Part shown: positions 42,790-53,560 of the stretch, one piece after another
Position numbering within the stretch: position 1 is the stretch's first letter
How the letters are laid out: every line of letters starts with the position of its first letter
IMG/VR virus record: IMGVR_UViG_3300037419_001523
Length of the DNA: 64,000 bases
Source of the DNA: an uncultured virus (IMG/VR IMGVR_UViG_3300037419_001523)
Lineage: Duplodnaviria > Heunggongvirae > Uroviricota > Caudoviricetes
Direction: 5' to 3' (one strand)
Made by a program: the position numbers and the translations under genes
The notes under the pieces: model-generated
Seen by the model: only the letters and a program-made list of their open reading frames with translations
Database searches by the model: none
Told to the model about the DNA's origin: nothing

Positions 42790-44394
42790 TTAATACCTAA
42801 CCCCATACATAGTGCCATTCATTTTCCTTACTTCTTCTACTTCTTCTGGAGTTATTTTGAAATAGTTACTAACTCCTTCTGGATTAAATATCAATTTACT
42901 AAATACTTTCTTTAATACTTCATATTCAAAACGATTCATTTCTACGCTATATGTAAGATTATCTGTGTTTCTGTTAATGTACATGTGCTCATCCTACTAA
43001 TCTTTATATATTAATTTCTTCATATAATGCATCAGTTCAATTTCAATGTTAGCCTTTCGTTCTCCCTGTTCTAGTAACATATCAACATGTATCTTTAATT
43101 GATCCTTACATGACTGTAAAATTTCTTCTTTGTTCATTTATTTCTCCTAATAATATATTTCTTTTATAATATTATTTCATCATGCCTATTTTCATCAGTA
43201 ATTTGTTCACATAATTCTTTCAATCTTCGTTCACTTATTTCTGTTAAAAGCGATAATACTTTATCATTAACATCAACTTTAATAAGTGATCCCTCATCCT
43301 CCACTTCAAGAATGATTCTATCTAATTCATTAAACAATCTAATTTTTGGCTCTTTTAACATATTAAACACTCCTTTTAAAATGAGAATTTTATTCGGTAC
43401 GTTTTTTATAATTTATCTTATTTTTAAAGTCTTGAAGTATATCAATCAGTGTATCTACCTGATTTTCCCTTAAACAGACTGAAACTAAAAACTGATGGTC
43501 TTGAAATGCCGAGAAATCAACGTTATTCGACTCTGGATTTGACTTTACTTCTAAATAGATACCTTTATGTGGCAATTCAAAACAACAAGGGAATTTCATT
43601 TCCATTTCGATCATCTCCTTAAATCCTTATAAAAGGGAAATTTTATCTACTATTTATCGTAAATGTATGTTACAACAGCACAGCCAGAATTAACTAATTC
43701 TACTGCATCATTAAGAGGTAACACCAATTCATCAAATTGTTTAAAAAAGGAATCATCATAAACACGCTCTTCGAGAAATCTTATTTCAACTTTCACGCTA
43801 TCACTCCTTAATAAAAGAGAATATTTATATATCAAATTTTGCTTGGATAAATAAATCAACTAATATTTCAAATCCATTATGAAAACAAGCGTCATTAGCA
43901 TATCTTTTAAGAAACTCTTCTTCCGAAAAACCATTCATTTTCATGATAATCTTCATAACTTGTTCCTTTGCTTGCTTTGTTAATTCGTAACTTGTAATAT
44001 AATTTGGCATCAACCACACCTCCTTAAAGTTAGATAAAATAGATTTTTTATTTTGAACAATCTTTACATATAAACTTTTTATTTCTATCGTCATACTTAG
44101 CTTCAACTGTGATTTTTTTCTTACATTTAAAGCAAAGTGTTAAAACTTTACCAAACCATTCCATTGATTTCACTCCTCTTCACAGACAGTATGTTCAGTC
44201 TAAATTTAAAAATTTCAATACAAAACTTCCGCATCTTCTAAATCAACATAATATTCATTGTCCTTGTGAACCACTTGAAACCCTTTGAAATTTTCAAAAT
44301 GGTATTCTATTACTTTAATCACCTTAAATTCTTCTCCAATTTTATCTTTATACCAATAACTATCCTTTGTACTGCGTGTGATTTTAATTTTCAT
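42790..44394 (-). other. Array of short hypothetical genes
   Basis: Several 50-95 aa co-oriented ORFs, many delimited by TAAAA-N6-TTTTA. Confidence 0.6.
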
Positions 44395-44446
44395 AATGGT
44401 TCTCCTATTGCAGAATAATTACTAATATTCGATTAATTATTATTAA

Positions 44447-45166
44447 TTATACAATATTATGTATGAGACTTTCTGCTAAATTATGATATTCCTCGCTTAT
44501 TTCAAATCCTATATACGACCTATTTAATAATTTTGCAACTCTACAAGTAGTGCCACTACCAGCGAAAGGATCAAGTACAATATCCCCTTCTTTAGTACTT
44601 GCAGTAATACATCTTCTTGGAACTTCCTCATGAAATGTAGCAGGATGACCTGAAATCTTTCTAGGTACTTTCTTAACTTCCCACACATCTGTTAAACATT
44701 CATGATTATTTAATTTCAATCCTTTTTCCTTTGTTAAAACATAAATTAATTCATGCACAGGAAAGAATCTTCGTTTGTCCACGTTTGCTGTTGACTTTAA
44801 GTTCATTATGATAATTTGATTTACATTGAATTTACTTTTATGTATCCATTCCAGAGGAGATATTACAGTCCCTTTTACAATTCTATTTTTGTGATTATAG
44901 AACATTACACCATCGTCTTTAAGTACCCTATAACACTCGTTTAAGACGTTTATTTGCCATTCTTGATAATCTGATTCAGTTAGTTTATCTTTGAACCCTG
45001 AATAATCACCATATGTAACTCGTTTTCCATTTACAAAAGTGTGAAAATCTCCCCCTAAATTATAAGGAGGGCTTGTGACAATACAATTAATCTTTGAATC
45101 ATCTATTCTACTAAGCCCTTCAAGACAGTCCATATTATGTATTTTATTGATTTGCAGAAAGATCAC
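44447..45166 (-). CDS. Site-specific DNA methyltransferase, beta class (probably N4-C)
   Basis: TSPPY, HPATF, LDPFAGSGTT. Confidence 0.92.
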   Translation of the reverse strand: MIFLQINKIHNMDCLEGLSRIDDSKINCIVTSPPYNLGGDFHTFVNGKRVTYGDYSGFKDKLTESDYQEWQINVLNECYRVLKDDGVMFYNHKNRIVKGTVISPLEWIHKSKFNVNQIIIMNLKSTANVDKRRFFPVHELIYVLTKEKGLKLNNHECLTDVWEVKKVPRKISGHPATFHEEVPRRCITASTKEGDIVLDPFAGSGTTCRVAKLLNRSYIGFEISEEYHNLAESLIHNIV

Positions 45167-45819
45167 CTTCTTCAGATTTAATTAAATCGTTGAAGGCTGC
45201 ATTAAATGTGTTATATTGACTAATCTGTCCTTGGTTTTCATATTCAAAAATAGGAATATACTTTAATGTTTGTTCATCTTTATAACAATTTAACATAATA
45301 CTTTTTTCATCTAGTTCGATTAGTGACTCTCCAACATTTTCAATTTTATTACCGTTTACTTCTAAGTATTTTTCAAGTCCATCATTAATTAAGTTCTCAA
45401 ATTTTATTGTTGTTTTCATTTTTAACCCTCCATTTAATTATTTTTCTATTAAAATCAAAGTTTTATTCTCTATAATCATCGTAAATCTCGATAGATTGTA
45501 TTTCATCATTCCAAAAACACTTACCTATGATTAATTCTTGTTTAACTTCGTTCTGCAATTTTATTAAATCCTCAAGTGTTTCAATATCAATAAACCATGC
45601 TTCTTCCTCAAAATCTCGTTTTATGTAACCATCAACTACTCTATGGTTCATACCTTGTTTATACCAATTAGTTCTGTCTGAAGGGTGATTCAATTTAGAT
45701 GGATCATCTACTGTCCTTGTATCTACTCTCATATATTTATCTTTATATGCATTTTCATGAGGTTTAGTTTCAAATGAACTAGTATAACATGAAGTAGTGC
45801 TGGTGATGAAAAATTTCAT
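45144..45819 (-). other. Two hypothetical genes (45144-45419, 45463-45819)
   Basis: ORFs with GGAGG RBS; second ends EIYDDYRE. Confidence 0.6.
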
Positions 45820-46292
45820 TATTAAATTCCTCCTTTATAAAATTCACGATTTATTAAACAATTTTAAACAAAGTATCCATGTTAACACTCCAGCCACCCA
45901 AATAGGAACGAATACCATATCTTTTATGTACAAGTAATGACAACCTAACACTAAAAGCAAAACAAGCATTTGAATTACTAAGTAAAGAAATATTGCTGCA
46001 ACCACTTTTTCAAATGTTTTCAATTGATTACCTACTTTCAAAATGAAAGCTTTATTTTTTCTTTTCCCTCGTGTCTTTATAAACTGACCAGCAAAACCAT
46101 CCAAGTATTCCAATTGCAAATGCCAATCCAATACACCATTCAATTACTTTTAATGTAGCCCACAATTCCAACATTTTTAAATCACCTCCCAATTAATCCA
46201 ACTATCTACTATTTAATATTAACTTATTTTCGTTTAAAATGAAAGTATCAAGTCGAACATGACTTGAAAAAATTTTAAGGAGTGATACTTGT

Positions 46293-46478
46293 ATGAAAAA
46301 CAAATTAATCGTTCCTAACTCTGAATTAGTTATCCAACAATTGAAAGAGGAAATCGCTGCTGAATTCGGTATTCAATATGGTGCAGATATATCCGCAAGA
46401 GATAACGGACGCATTGGTGGAGAAATCACTAAGAGGTTGATTGAACTTGGAAAACAGCAGTTAATGGATCGTCAGTAA
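46293..46478 (+). CDS. Alpha/beta-type small acid-soluble spore protein
   Basis: NKLIVP...LKEEIAAEFGI...ARDNGRIGGEITKRLI signature. Confidence 0.95.
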   Translation: MKNKLIVPNSELVIQQLKEEIAAEFGIQYGADISARDNGRIGGEITKRLIELGKQQLMDRQ

Positions 46479-46481
46479 TCT

Positions 46482-46508
46482 GGAGAGGGATTATTCCCTC
46501 TCTTTTTT
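46482..46508 (+). terminator. Intrinsic terminator after the SASP gene
   Basis: GGAGAGGGA-loop-TCCCTCTCT-TTTTT. Confidence 0.8.
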
Positions 46509-47769
46509 ATAGCCACTCATTATATTCCTCTTTAGGTACTTCCCTAATCATCGTACATTTTGAAGCAGTGATATGACTACCTGCATCAAGGAAATCTTCT
46601 GGTTTAATACTTACCTCAATCAATACCCCTTCTCTTTCATTACTGTATGTAGAACTATTAATATCTAATTTTTCATTAAAGAATAACTTACCGTAATCTC
46701 TGCTCCATCCGTCTTTCTTTTTATCGTTTGCTTCAACTTCCTGACCAATTATGTATTCAAATGATTTATCATAAAAACTGAAATACTTGTCATTAACCTT
46801 TTTAACAAATTTATAAAACTTGGTTTCTTTAAAGAATTGATCTGTATCTAACATTTCGTGATATTCTGGCTTATTATTAATACTTTCCAGTAATCCATCA
46901 TAACCAATCTTAAACAACTTTCCATTTACCTCTAACACTTTTCTTGGTTTCTTTGAAATTGTATCAAGGATATCGTCTAATCCACCAAATTCAACTGATA
47001 CAGGTTTCTTGAAATAGTCTTCATCTAAAGCAATATTTGCAATTTTATCAATTGCTGCTTGAAGATCAAATTCTTCATCTTTCACATCCTCAAACAACTT
47101 ATCATAGTTAATTCCGTACATGCCTCCAAGTTGCTCTTTTAACTCGTCGTATGACTCAATGTTTAAGTTCATACATGTTAGGATGATTCTGATAAACTCA
47201 GGCTTTGAAATAGAGTAACCTTTCTTTTCATACTTTTGAACTCGTAATAATGATACAATTGGAAATGCTGTTTCACTGTTAAACTTTAGAATACGTTGTG
47301 AATTGTGTTTGAGGAAGTCTGGATGTAATGTGAATTGTTCTGTTTCAAAATCATAACAACCCATACAAGTTGTAAAATCAAATGTGTTAAATATTTCTTC
47401 TGGACTATTAAAATATTGAAAATGAATGACTTGTAAATTAATATCATCATACATTAACTGCGTTGCTTTCTTAGTGTTAGATGCAACATACCTTCCACTT
47501 CCCCAAGTTTCACTTAAAAATCCAAGAAGTGATTCTTCATCCCTAAAGTAGACATCAACATCATTGATCTCTCTGTTGCAAAATAAACTTGTAATTGTTC
47601 CACCAGCAATACAACCTTTATATTTCTTTAATGCTACAACTAAATCTTTATCTAAATAAGCGTATAACTTGTTCTTTTCGAACTGAGTATTAATGTGATC
47701 CTTCTTAAATTGCTCAATACCTTTGTCGATTTCTTTTTGTAGAAGTTCAGAAATTTCGTTATTAATCAT
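46507..47769 (-). CDS. Nucleotidyltransferase-fold protein (poly(A)-polymerase/CCA head-like)
   Basis: IAGG...DVDVYF and FDFTTC motifs. Confidence 0.65.
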   Translation of the reverse strand: MINNEISELLQKEIDKGIEQFKKDHINTQFEKNKLYAYLDKDLVVALKKYKGCIAGGTITSLFCNREINDVDVYFRDEESLLGFLSETWGSGRYVASNTKKATQLMYDDINLQVIHFQYFNSPEEIFNTFDFTTCMGCYDFETEQFTLHPDFLKHNSQRILKFNSETAFPIVSLLRVQKYEKKGYSISKPEFIRIILTCMNLNIESYDELKEQLGGMYGINYDKLFEDVKDEEFDLQAAIDKIANIALDEDYFKKPVSVEFGGLDDILDTISKKPRKVLEVNGKLFKIGYDGLLESINNKPEYHEMLDTDQFFKETKFYKFVKKVNDKYFSFYDKSFEYIIGQEVEANDKKKDGWSRDYGKLFFNEKLDINSSTYSNEREGVLIEVSIKPEDFLDAGSHITASKCTMIREVPKEEYNEWL

Positions 47770-47814
47770 CGTTTCTCTCCTTTTATTAGTTTATTTTCGT
47801 TTAAAATGTCAGTT

Positions 47815-49234
47815 TTATTGCCATCTGTAAATTTCATCATTTGATAATTTAACTTCGTTTCCGAATGGTGATATACCTATAAATATCGGTTTCCCTAAAA
47901 GTTGATGAAACTCAATTGTCTTACAAGTTGCAATCCTTAATGATCCATCAGATGTTAAATATTCAAACACTTTTCCTATATGTTTCATCTTTAAGCTCCT
48001 CATAAATTGGATGTTTTATCGTTCTTTAAACTTAGTACAAAGTGCTTCTTCTTTAACAATCGTACAGAAGTTTGTCATCATTCCTTCACCTAAGAATTCA
48101 GATTCCTTTTTCTCAGGTCTTCTTTTTAAAAATACCCAACCATCCCAAGCTTCTCTTAAACCCGATTTATACATATCATAATTTTTCATATCATCTGATT
48201 TATCATGATTACCTAATTCCTCATGATAAGCAGCGCTCCAATAAGCACATCCAACTTTACCCTCATGAGTCGTATATCTAGCATAATCACAGCTTAAACA
48301 ATTATTATTCACTCATTTTCCCTCCATTTAAAAGAAACTTTTTATTCTAATTCTTTTACTACCACAAGCACATCTCCATCTTCTGTTGTTGGATTTGCTA
48401 ATTCATCTCTAGTTATTTCATAATTTCTCCAATCAACTGTTTCATCTATCACCCTAACAGGTTCGTGTTTATAACTTGTTTTAGGAATATCATATCCAGT
48501 AAAAACAGCAGCGTTCTCTATGTAATATTTACCTTCATCATTACTAAAGAAAATTGCTACTTTTCTCCTCATAAACCCTTCTCCCCTCATAAAACAATCT
48601 TTTCATTCTGTAATTACATAACCTTCAATAATAGCAAAATGTTTTGTATGTAATCCACTAGATTTATCTACATCACATGATAAATGGAAATCATCGTATT
48701 TAAGATTATCAATTTTTACCGAATGATTTTTTGAAAATAAGAAACCTGTTTTAACCTTTTCAATAAACGATTCCCAACTTTCTTCCTCTTCTACATAAGA
48801 TTGATGATCCATAATTTTGTCATTTACAATTGATAAATTTGTTTTTATTACTTTAATCATTTTTAAATACCTCCTAAATTGACATAAAATCATTTCTCCA
48901 TGATTCCAGTTCCTTTTGCTGCTGTTCAATGTGTTCAAATAACTTGTATATGTCGTTCCTATGCCAAATTAATTCTGAATTATCACTGGATTCATCTATA
49001 TCTTCTTTAATTCTTAGCAACTCTTCTTTAGTTAACATGTTTAACCTCCTTTAAAACTTCACTGTTATGTCATGATTTGTTCATCAATTAAAATTCTTTT
49101 TCACTATCACAATTATTACAGCAAATAGTTATATCTCCATCGTAACTACTAGGAAATATTGATACATCGGTACTTCCGCACTTTTTACATTGAAGTAAAA
49201 ACAAGTCTTGTATTTCCTCTTTTGCATATCCCAT
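47815..49234 (-). other. Array of short hypothetical genes
   Basis: At least six 45-100 aa ORFs delimited by TAAAA-N6-TTTTA or variants. Confidence 0.6.
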
Positions 49235-49273
49235 AAAATCACTCCTTCTCCCTTTTCTTCTAAAATGCATCTT

Positions 49274-49954
49274 TTAATTAATTGTGCTTACCTTACCAAT
49301 AACTTTATCAAATTCAATTAATCTGCTAATCTCTGATCGCTTAATTTCTTCTAGTAATCTATTCTTAATCTCGTCAAATGTACTTGCAGCAAGACTTCTA
49401 TGTAAATCAAGATTCCATTCAGCAATTAAGTATTTAAGCAATCCTAATTTTTCCGGCAACAATCTATTAATAAAGTTAGACGATTTAAATAATAAATCTT
49501 TTTCTTGTCTGGTCATTCCTGCAAATATACTATAATTTGAAATATCAACTTCATTATCCAGAGTAAAATCAAGTTTTTCTTCATCACTCATCTCAAGTGC
49601 TAATCTTGCCTGACGCATAATCAGCCTTGATTTTTTAAGAACTTTACCATTAATATCTAACTCAACTGCAATTACTCCCCTACCATCAGTGCATACAAAC
49701 GCATATTCAATTTGAATACGTTCATGATTTTTTCTTAAATATGCTTTCTCTTTAATTCTTGTTAAGAGGGCTTGAGGTAATTTATGTAATCCAAATGCGA
49801 TATAATTAAATAAATTTTGATTAACTTTTAACAAAGGAAGTTGATCCATAAGCTGAACATTGTCGCTTTTATTCCATTCGTGAAAGTGTGGAATTAAATT
49901 TAAATTCTCCTCATCTTCGAAAAAATTAACCCAAATATCGTGTAAATAACGCAT
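49274..49954 (-). CDS. DUF3603 / YjbA (MdfA)-like protein
   Basis: YLHDIWVNFF..EEN...HFHEW.K.D...LMDQLPLL, AYLRKNHER, TDG, KKSRLI.RQ match B. subtilis YjbA as I recall it. Confidence 0.85.
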   Translation of the reverse strand: MRYLHDIWVNFFEDEENLNLIPHFHEWNKSDNVQLMDQLPLLKVNQNLFNYIAFGLHKLPQALLTRIKEKAYLRKNHERIQIEYAFVCTDGRGVIAVELDINGKVLKKSRLIMRQARLALEMSDEEKLDFTLDNEVDISNYSIFAGMTRQEKDLLFKSSNFINRLLPEKLGLLKYLIAEWNLDLHRSLAASTFDEIKNRLLEEIKRSEISRLIEFDKVIGKVSTIN

Positions 49955-49979
49955 TCTACATTTCCCCTTTATTTTAAAT

Positions 49980-50213
49980 TTAACTTACATTTTTGGTCTT
50001 TGCTAAATCCCTAAATCGTTGTTCTAAAAAGTACATATCCTCTCTTGGAATGATCAATCCTTTTTCCCATTTAGAAAGGGTAGTTCTGAAAGTTCCTACC
50101 AGTTTAGACATCTCATCTAAATTCAATCCCAATGATTTTCTAATACTCTTGAATAATTTACCTTTTTCTTTCATTTCTTCATAAGTTAATTGTTGTACGT
50201 ATGCTCTAGTCAT
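49980..50213 (-). CDS. XRE-family HTH regulator
   Basis: IRKSLGLNLDEMSKLVGTFRTTLSKWEKG. Confidence 0.85.
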   Translation of the reverse strand: MTRAYVQQLTYEEMKEKGKLFKSIRKSLGLNLDEMSKLVGTFRTTLSKWEKGLIIPREDMYFLEQRFRDLAKTKNVS

Positions 50214-50424
50214 TAAAACTTACCTTCTTCATCTTTAATTTCATTTATTAAAATCCATCTTGCAGCTACAGCATCATCTTCAATTTCATCAATCAGTCCA
50301 ACACAACGTCTTTTGTTTCCCTGATCAAGTTCTTTTAATGCCTGCTGGCAATCACGGATAATTCTTTCCAAATGTTTCTTTGCCAACATTGTCTATCCCC
50401 TCCTTAATTTGTATTTATACTATC

Positions 50425-50453
50425 ATATTAAGTTATTTATCTTTAATTGTCAA
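50425..50453 (-). promoter_or_regulatory. sigA-type promoter with operator-like spacer
   Basis: TTGACA-ATTAAAGATAAATAACT-TAATAT. Confidence 0.75.
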
Positions 50454-50565
50454 TATTAAAACTCAAAATTATTTCTAATAAATGACAAATTTTATTTAAA
50501 ATAAAAAACATTCACCTCAACTACAGTTTTCTGCTCATCTTGGCGAATGTTCAATCGTGTTATCC

Positions 50566-51102
50566 CTAAATCAGAGTCCCCAAAATAGGGATAGCTGTTG
50601 TTAAAAAAAGGACACTTTCTAATTTCTTTAGTTTTTGAATAATCGGTGACACATCAATTCCAGCATGATCTAAATTCATCAGAAACAATTCTTGGCTGCG
50701 TATATCATTATAGCCGTAATTGTATGGTGCATTTTTCCAAAATCTAGGTTCATTCACTTTGTATAAGTTTTCCTCTTTGTTTTCAGTGATTATATTCATG
50801 TCAATAAGTTTATTTAATTCTCCCCTAATATGCTTTACACTAATTCCTGCAATAGAAAAATCAATTAACTTTGGAATATAAGCCCATTCTTTCCCATAAT
50901 TGAAACTAAATGTGATGATAAATGATAAAATCGTCAATTGTCGCTTAGTGAAATCGTGCTTTAATATTTCACCACGAATAAGTAATTCTTTTACAATTAA
51001 GTCAATGTCCTTTTGATGATTGATTAGAGTATCTTCTAATACATCTTTATAGACTTTAATTGTTCTTTCATATGATTGTTTAGCCCAAGGCAATTTTACC
51101 AA
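50566..51102 (-). CDS. Winged-helix protein resembling the N-terminus of phage replication protein O
   Basis: DFTKRQLTILSFII..SF.YGKE.AYIP...GIS..HI..EL.KL...NII pattern. Confidence 0.5.
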   Translation of the reverse strand: MVKLPWAKQSYERTIKVYKDVLEDTLINHQKDIDLIVKELLIRGEILKHDFTKRQLTILSFIITFSFNYGKEWAYIPKLIDFSIAGISVKHIRGELNKLIDMNIITENKEENLYKVNEPRFWKNAPYNYGYNDIRSQELFLMNLDHAGIDVSPIIQKLKKLESVLFLTTAIPILGTLI

Positions 51103-51259
51103 CTCCTTCCACTAGGTAGTTTATCCCTAATAGAGAAAAATTAAAAGTGCCTTTTTTCATATTTTTTCATGATTTAATCTATTTTTAATACGATTGTAAT
51201 TCTCATCAACGTAAATATATGTTATTATGACTGTAATGACAGCAGTGTGAGAGTTGCTG

Positions 51260-51541
51260 TTATATAGCAATTTTGATCACTGAGGTATTCAACTTGGTGA
51301 TCTTTTCTTTTTCTTCAGATTCCCCATGAATCATTTCTTCCCCATCCACTTCGAAGCTGGTTATAAGTGCTTTTAATAATTCACAAACTTGAAAAATATG
51401 TACACTTCCATCTGATAAAGTACAATGAACTTTCATATCAATGATATTATCTTGATGAAATTTCGCCATAAATTCTTCCATACTCATATTCGTTTCATGT
51501 AGCAGATGATACATTACAGTTCCTTGTACTAAGTTTTTCAT
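51260..51541 (-). CDS. Hypothetical protein
   Basis: AGGAGG RBS, own promoter-like upstream region. Confidence 0.6.
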   Translation of the reverse strand: MKNLVQGTVMYHLLHETNMSMEEFMAKFHQDNIIDMKVHCTLSDGSVHIFQVCELLKALITSFEVDGEEMIHGESEEKEKITKLNTSVIKIAI

Positions 51542-51660
51542 TTAGGTTCCTCCTATTAATTACTATTTTCATATTACTATTATACTATATTAAAGAACAT
51601 TTTAAATGGTTTTTGCATCCATGTTGCGTATCGTATTTATTTTTATAAAATACGCAACAA

Positions 51661-52860
51661 TCAGGATAAAGCAGGTGAAAATACGTGTACTAACATCTTC
51701 TTTCTTTCAATATCCATCATGTGTTCAATTAATTCATCAGTTAATCCGGTTTTTTTAAGTTCCATTAGAGGTAATTTAGCATTGTATAAATCCCCCTCAG
51801 CAAAAAATTGATATAGTGATAACCAAAAATAATTATTGTCTTCAGTTAATACTCCTTCAATGTAAAATTGGTACGGCAATAAATCCAATGCATTTTGCTC
51901 TATTATTCTAGTTTTACATTCATCCAATAGTATTCTACTTTTTTGAGCATCACCTTCTTTAAAGTAATAATAGGATTTTATGAAATCTGGAGCATTTTCA
52001 ATATCTTTTATAAGATAATTTTTATTAGCATGAATAATCAATAAATATAAACCCTCATACTTTACATAATTAACATGTTCCTTTGATCCAATTTTTGAAT
52101 AGAAATCAATACAATCAAGATAGCACTCATAAGATTCCTTAAAATTATCCCACATATAATGCATTGCTTTTGTATGTAAACAGAAACCCATTATAAAATG
52201 ATTAGTTTTCCTTTTATTTAATTCATCTAATATTTTAAAAACTTCATCCTGATTATTGTTGTAAGCATGGTAATTCAAAAATACCCATAGAACATTATTT
52301 TGTAAAGATTCTTTAAAATACCCATCCTCAATTAAACTAAGCAGTGAATTTGCATGTTCAAATTCATTCACAATTAATTTATACACTCTTTCATGAGTAT
52401 AGAAAAACAACAAAATAATAAGATGAACAAGTTTTGATTCATTATTACTAGGAATAAATTCTGTGAGTTTTTTAATAGTACATTGATCACTGTTTTTTCT
52501 TAAACTTAAACCAATCTCGTACAAATAGATGAGTTCTTTTAAATCACCTTTAGAAATTTCTTTCTTTTGTTTAATCAGAGTTTCCAAAGATTCCATATCC
52601 CTGTTTGCATAGAAATATTCTAAAGAGCATTTGATATTACGTTTATTATTCAAATGAAGAAACGTCTCTCTGAAGGCTTTTGATTGCTCATCAAGAGGGA
52701 ATAATGATGAAATTAACTGGTGCAGTAATTCAAATTTTAATTCATGTTCGCCCTTGAGGAATTTTGATATGGTTGATTTATTCACACTAATTAAATCGGC
52801 TATTTCTTGCAGCGTTATTCCTACTTGGGCAACTTTTTCTCTTATCGTATCATGAAACAA
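51661..52860 (-). CDS. AimR-like HTH-TPR regulator (second copy, no adjacent peptide gene seen)
   Basis: N-terminal XRE HTH, helical TPR-like body, C-terminal GDLYNAKLPLMELKK.G motif similar to the AimR at 62831. Confidence 0.8.
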   Translation of the reverse strand: MFHDTIREKVAQVGITLQEIADLISVNKSTISKFLKGEHELKFELLHQLISSLFPLDEQSKAFRETFLHLNNKRNIKCSLEYFYANRDMESLETLIKQKKEISKGDLKELIYLYEIGLSLRKNSDQCTIKKLTEFIPSNNESKLVHLIILLFFYTHERVYKLIVNEFEHANSLLSLIEDGYFKESLQNNVLWVFLNYHAYNNNQDEVFKILDELNKRKTNHFIMGFCLHTKAMHYMWDNFKESYECYLDCIDFYSKIGSKEHVNYVKYEGLYLLIIHANKNYLIKDIENAPDFIKSYYYFKEGDAQKSRILLDECKTRIIEQNALDLLPYQFYIEGVLTEDNNYFWLSLYQFFAEGDLYNAKLPLMELKKTGLTDELIEHMMDIERKKMLVHVFSPALS

Positions 52861-53049
52861 TTAAGCCCTTCCTTCCCTTAAAAATAGAATATATGTTCGT
52901 ATTTTTATGTGTAACTCTATTATAAACCAGAACATAGTCTGTTTACAATCCAAAAACTAGAAATATTTTCTTGTTATTTGTTGCGTTATCGTGGTAAACT
53001 TTGGTACATTATAATTATGCTTATTTCATAAAATTGGGAGGATTTTCCG

Positions 53050-53265
53050 ATGTCTAAAGTCATATTCGGAAAATGCTTACTTCCTGACTTACTAAAACAT
53101 AAACGTATGACTTCCACTGATCTGTCAGATAAAACTGGTATAAAAATTCAACAACTGAGCAGATACATAAACAACGAAAGCACCATGTCTTTACCTACAG
53201 CCTTGTTAATTGCATGGCATTTGAAAGTTGATGTAAGTGATTTGTACGACTACAGAGTAAAGTAG
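53050..53265 (+). CDS. XRE-family HTH regulator (YopS-like position)
   Basis: GKCLLPDLL...DLSDKTGI..QQLSRY...MSL.TA..IA..L...VSDLY. Confidence 0.88.
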   Translation: MSKVIFGKCLLPDLLKHKRMTSTDLSDKTGIKIQQLSRYINNESTMSLPTALLIAWHLKVDVSDLYDYRVK

Positions 53266-53271
53266 AAGTAA

Positions 53272-53308
53272 GCTAGGTCTTAGGATTTGTTTCCTTTGAC
53301 CTAGTTTT
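53272..53308 (+). terminator. Intrinsic terminator
   Basis: CTAGGTC..AGGA...TCCT..GACCTAG-TTTT. Confidence 0.7.
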
Positions 53309-53560
53309 ATGTTAACTATATCGTTAACTTTTCGGCACATTTTACATATTACAACAATTTTACAAATATGTCATTGTCTATTCTTGTCGAATAAATTGAA
53401 ATCTTGTCGATTAATGATTAAATTTCTTGACTATTTGAAATCATTAAACCACAACATTCCAATTTTGGCGAAATGAAAAATTGGATTAAATTTATTATTT
53501 GTATATTTTTGATTTATGTAGTTCATTACCCCTAATTCGAGATAGGGATAATGGATAATA

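Noticed and set aside
46245..46274. SigG-type promoter GTATC-18-AAAAATT for the SASP gene
   Set aside because: The match is imperfect and the implied TSS would fall within the RBS
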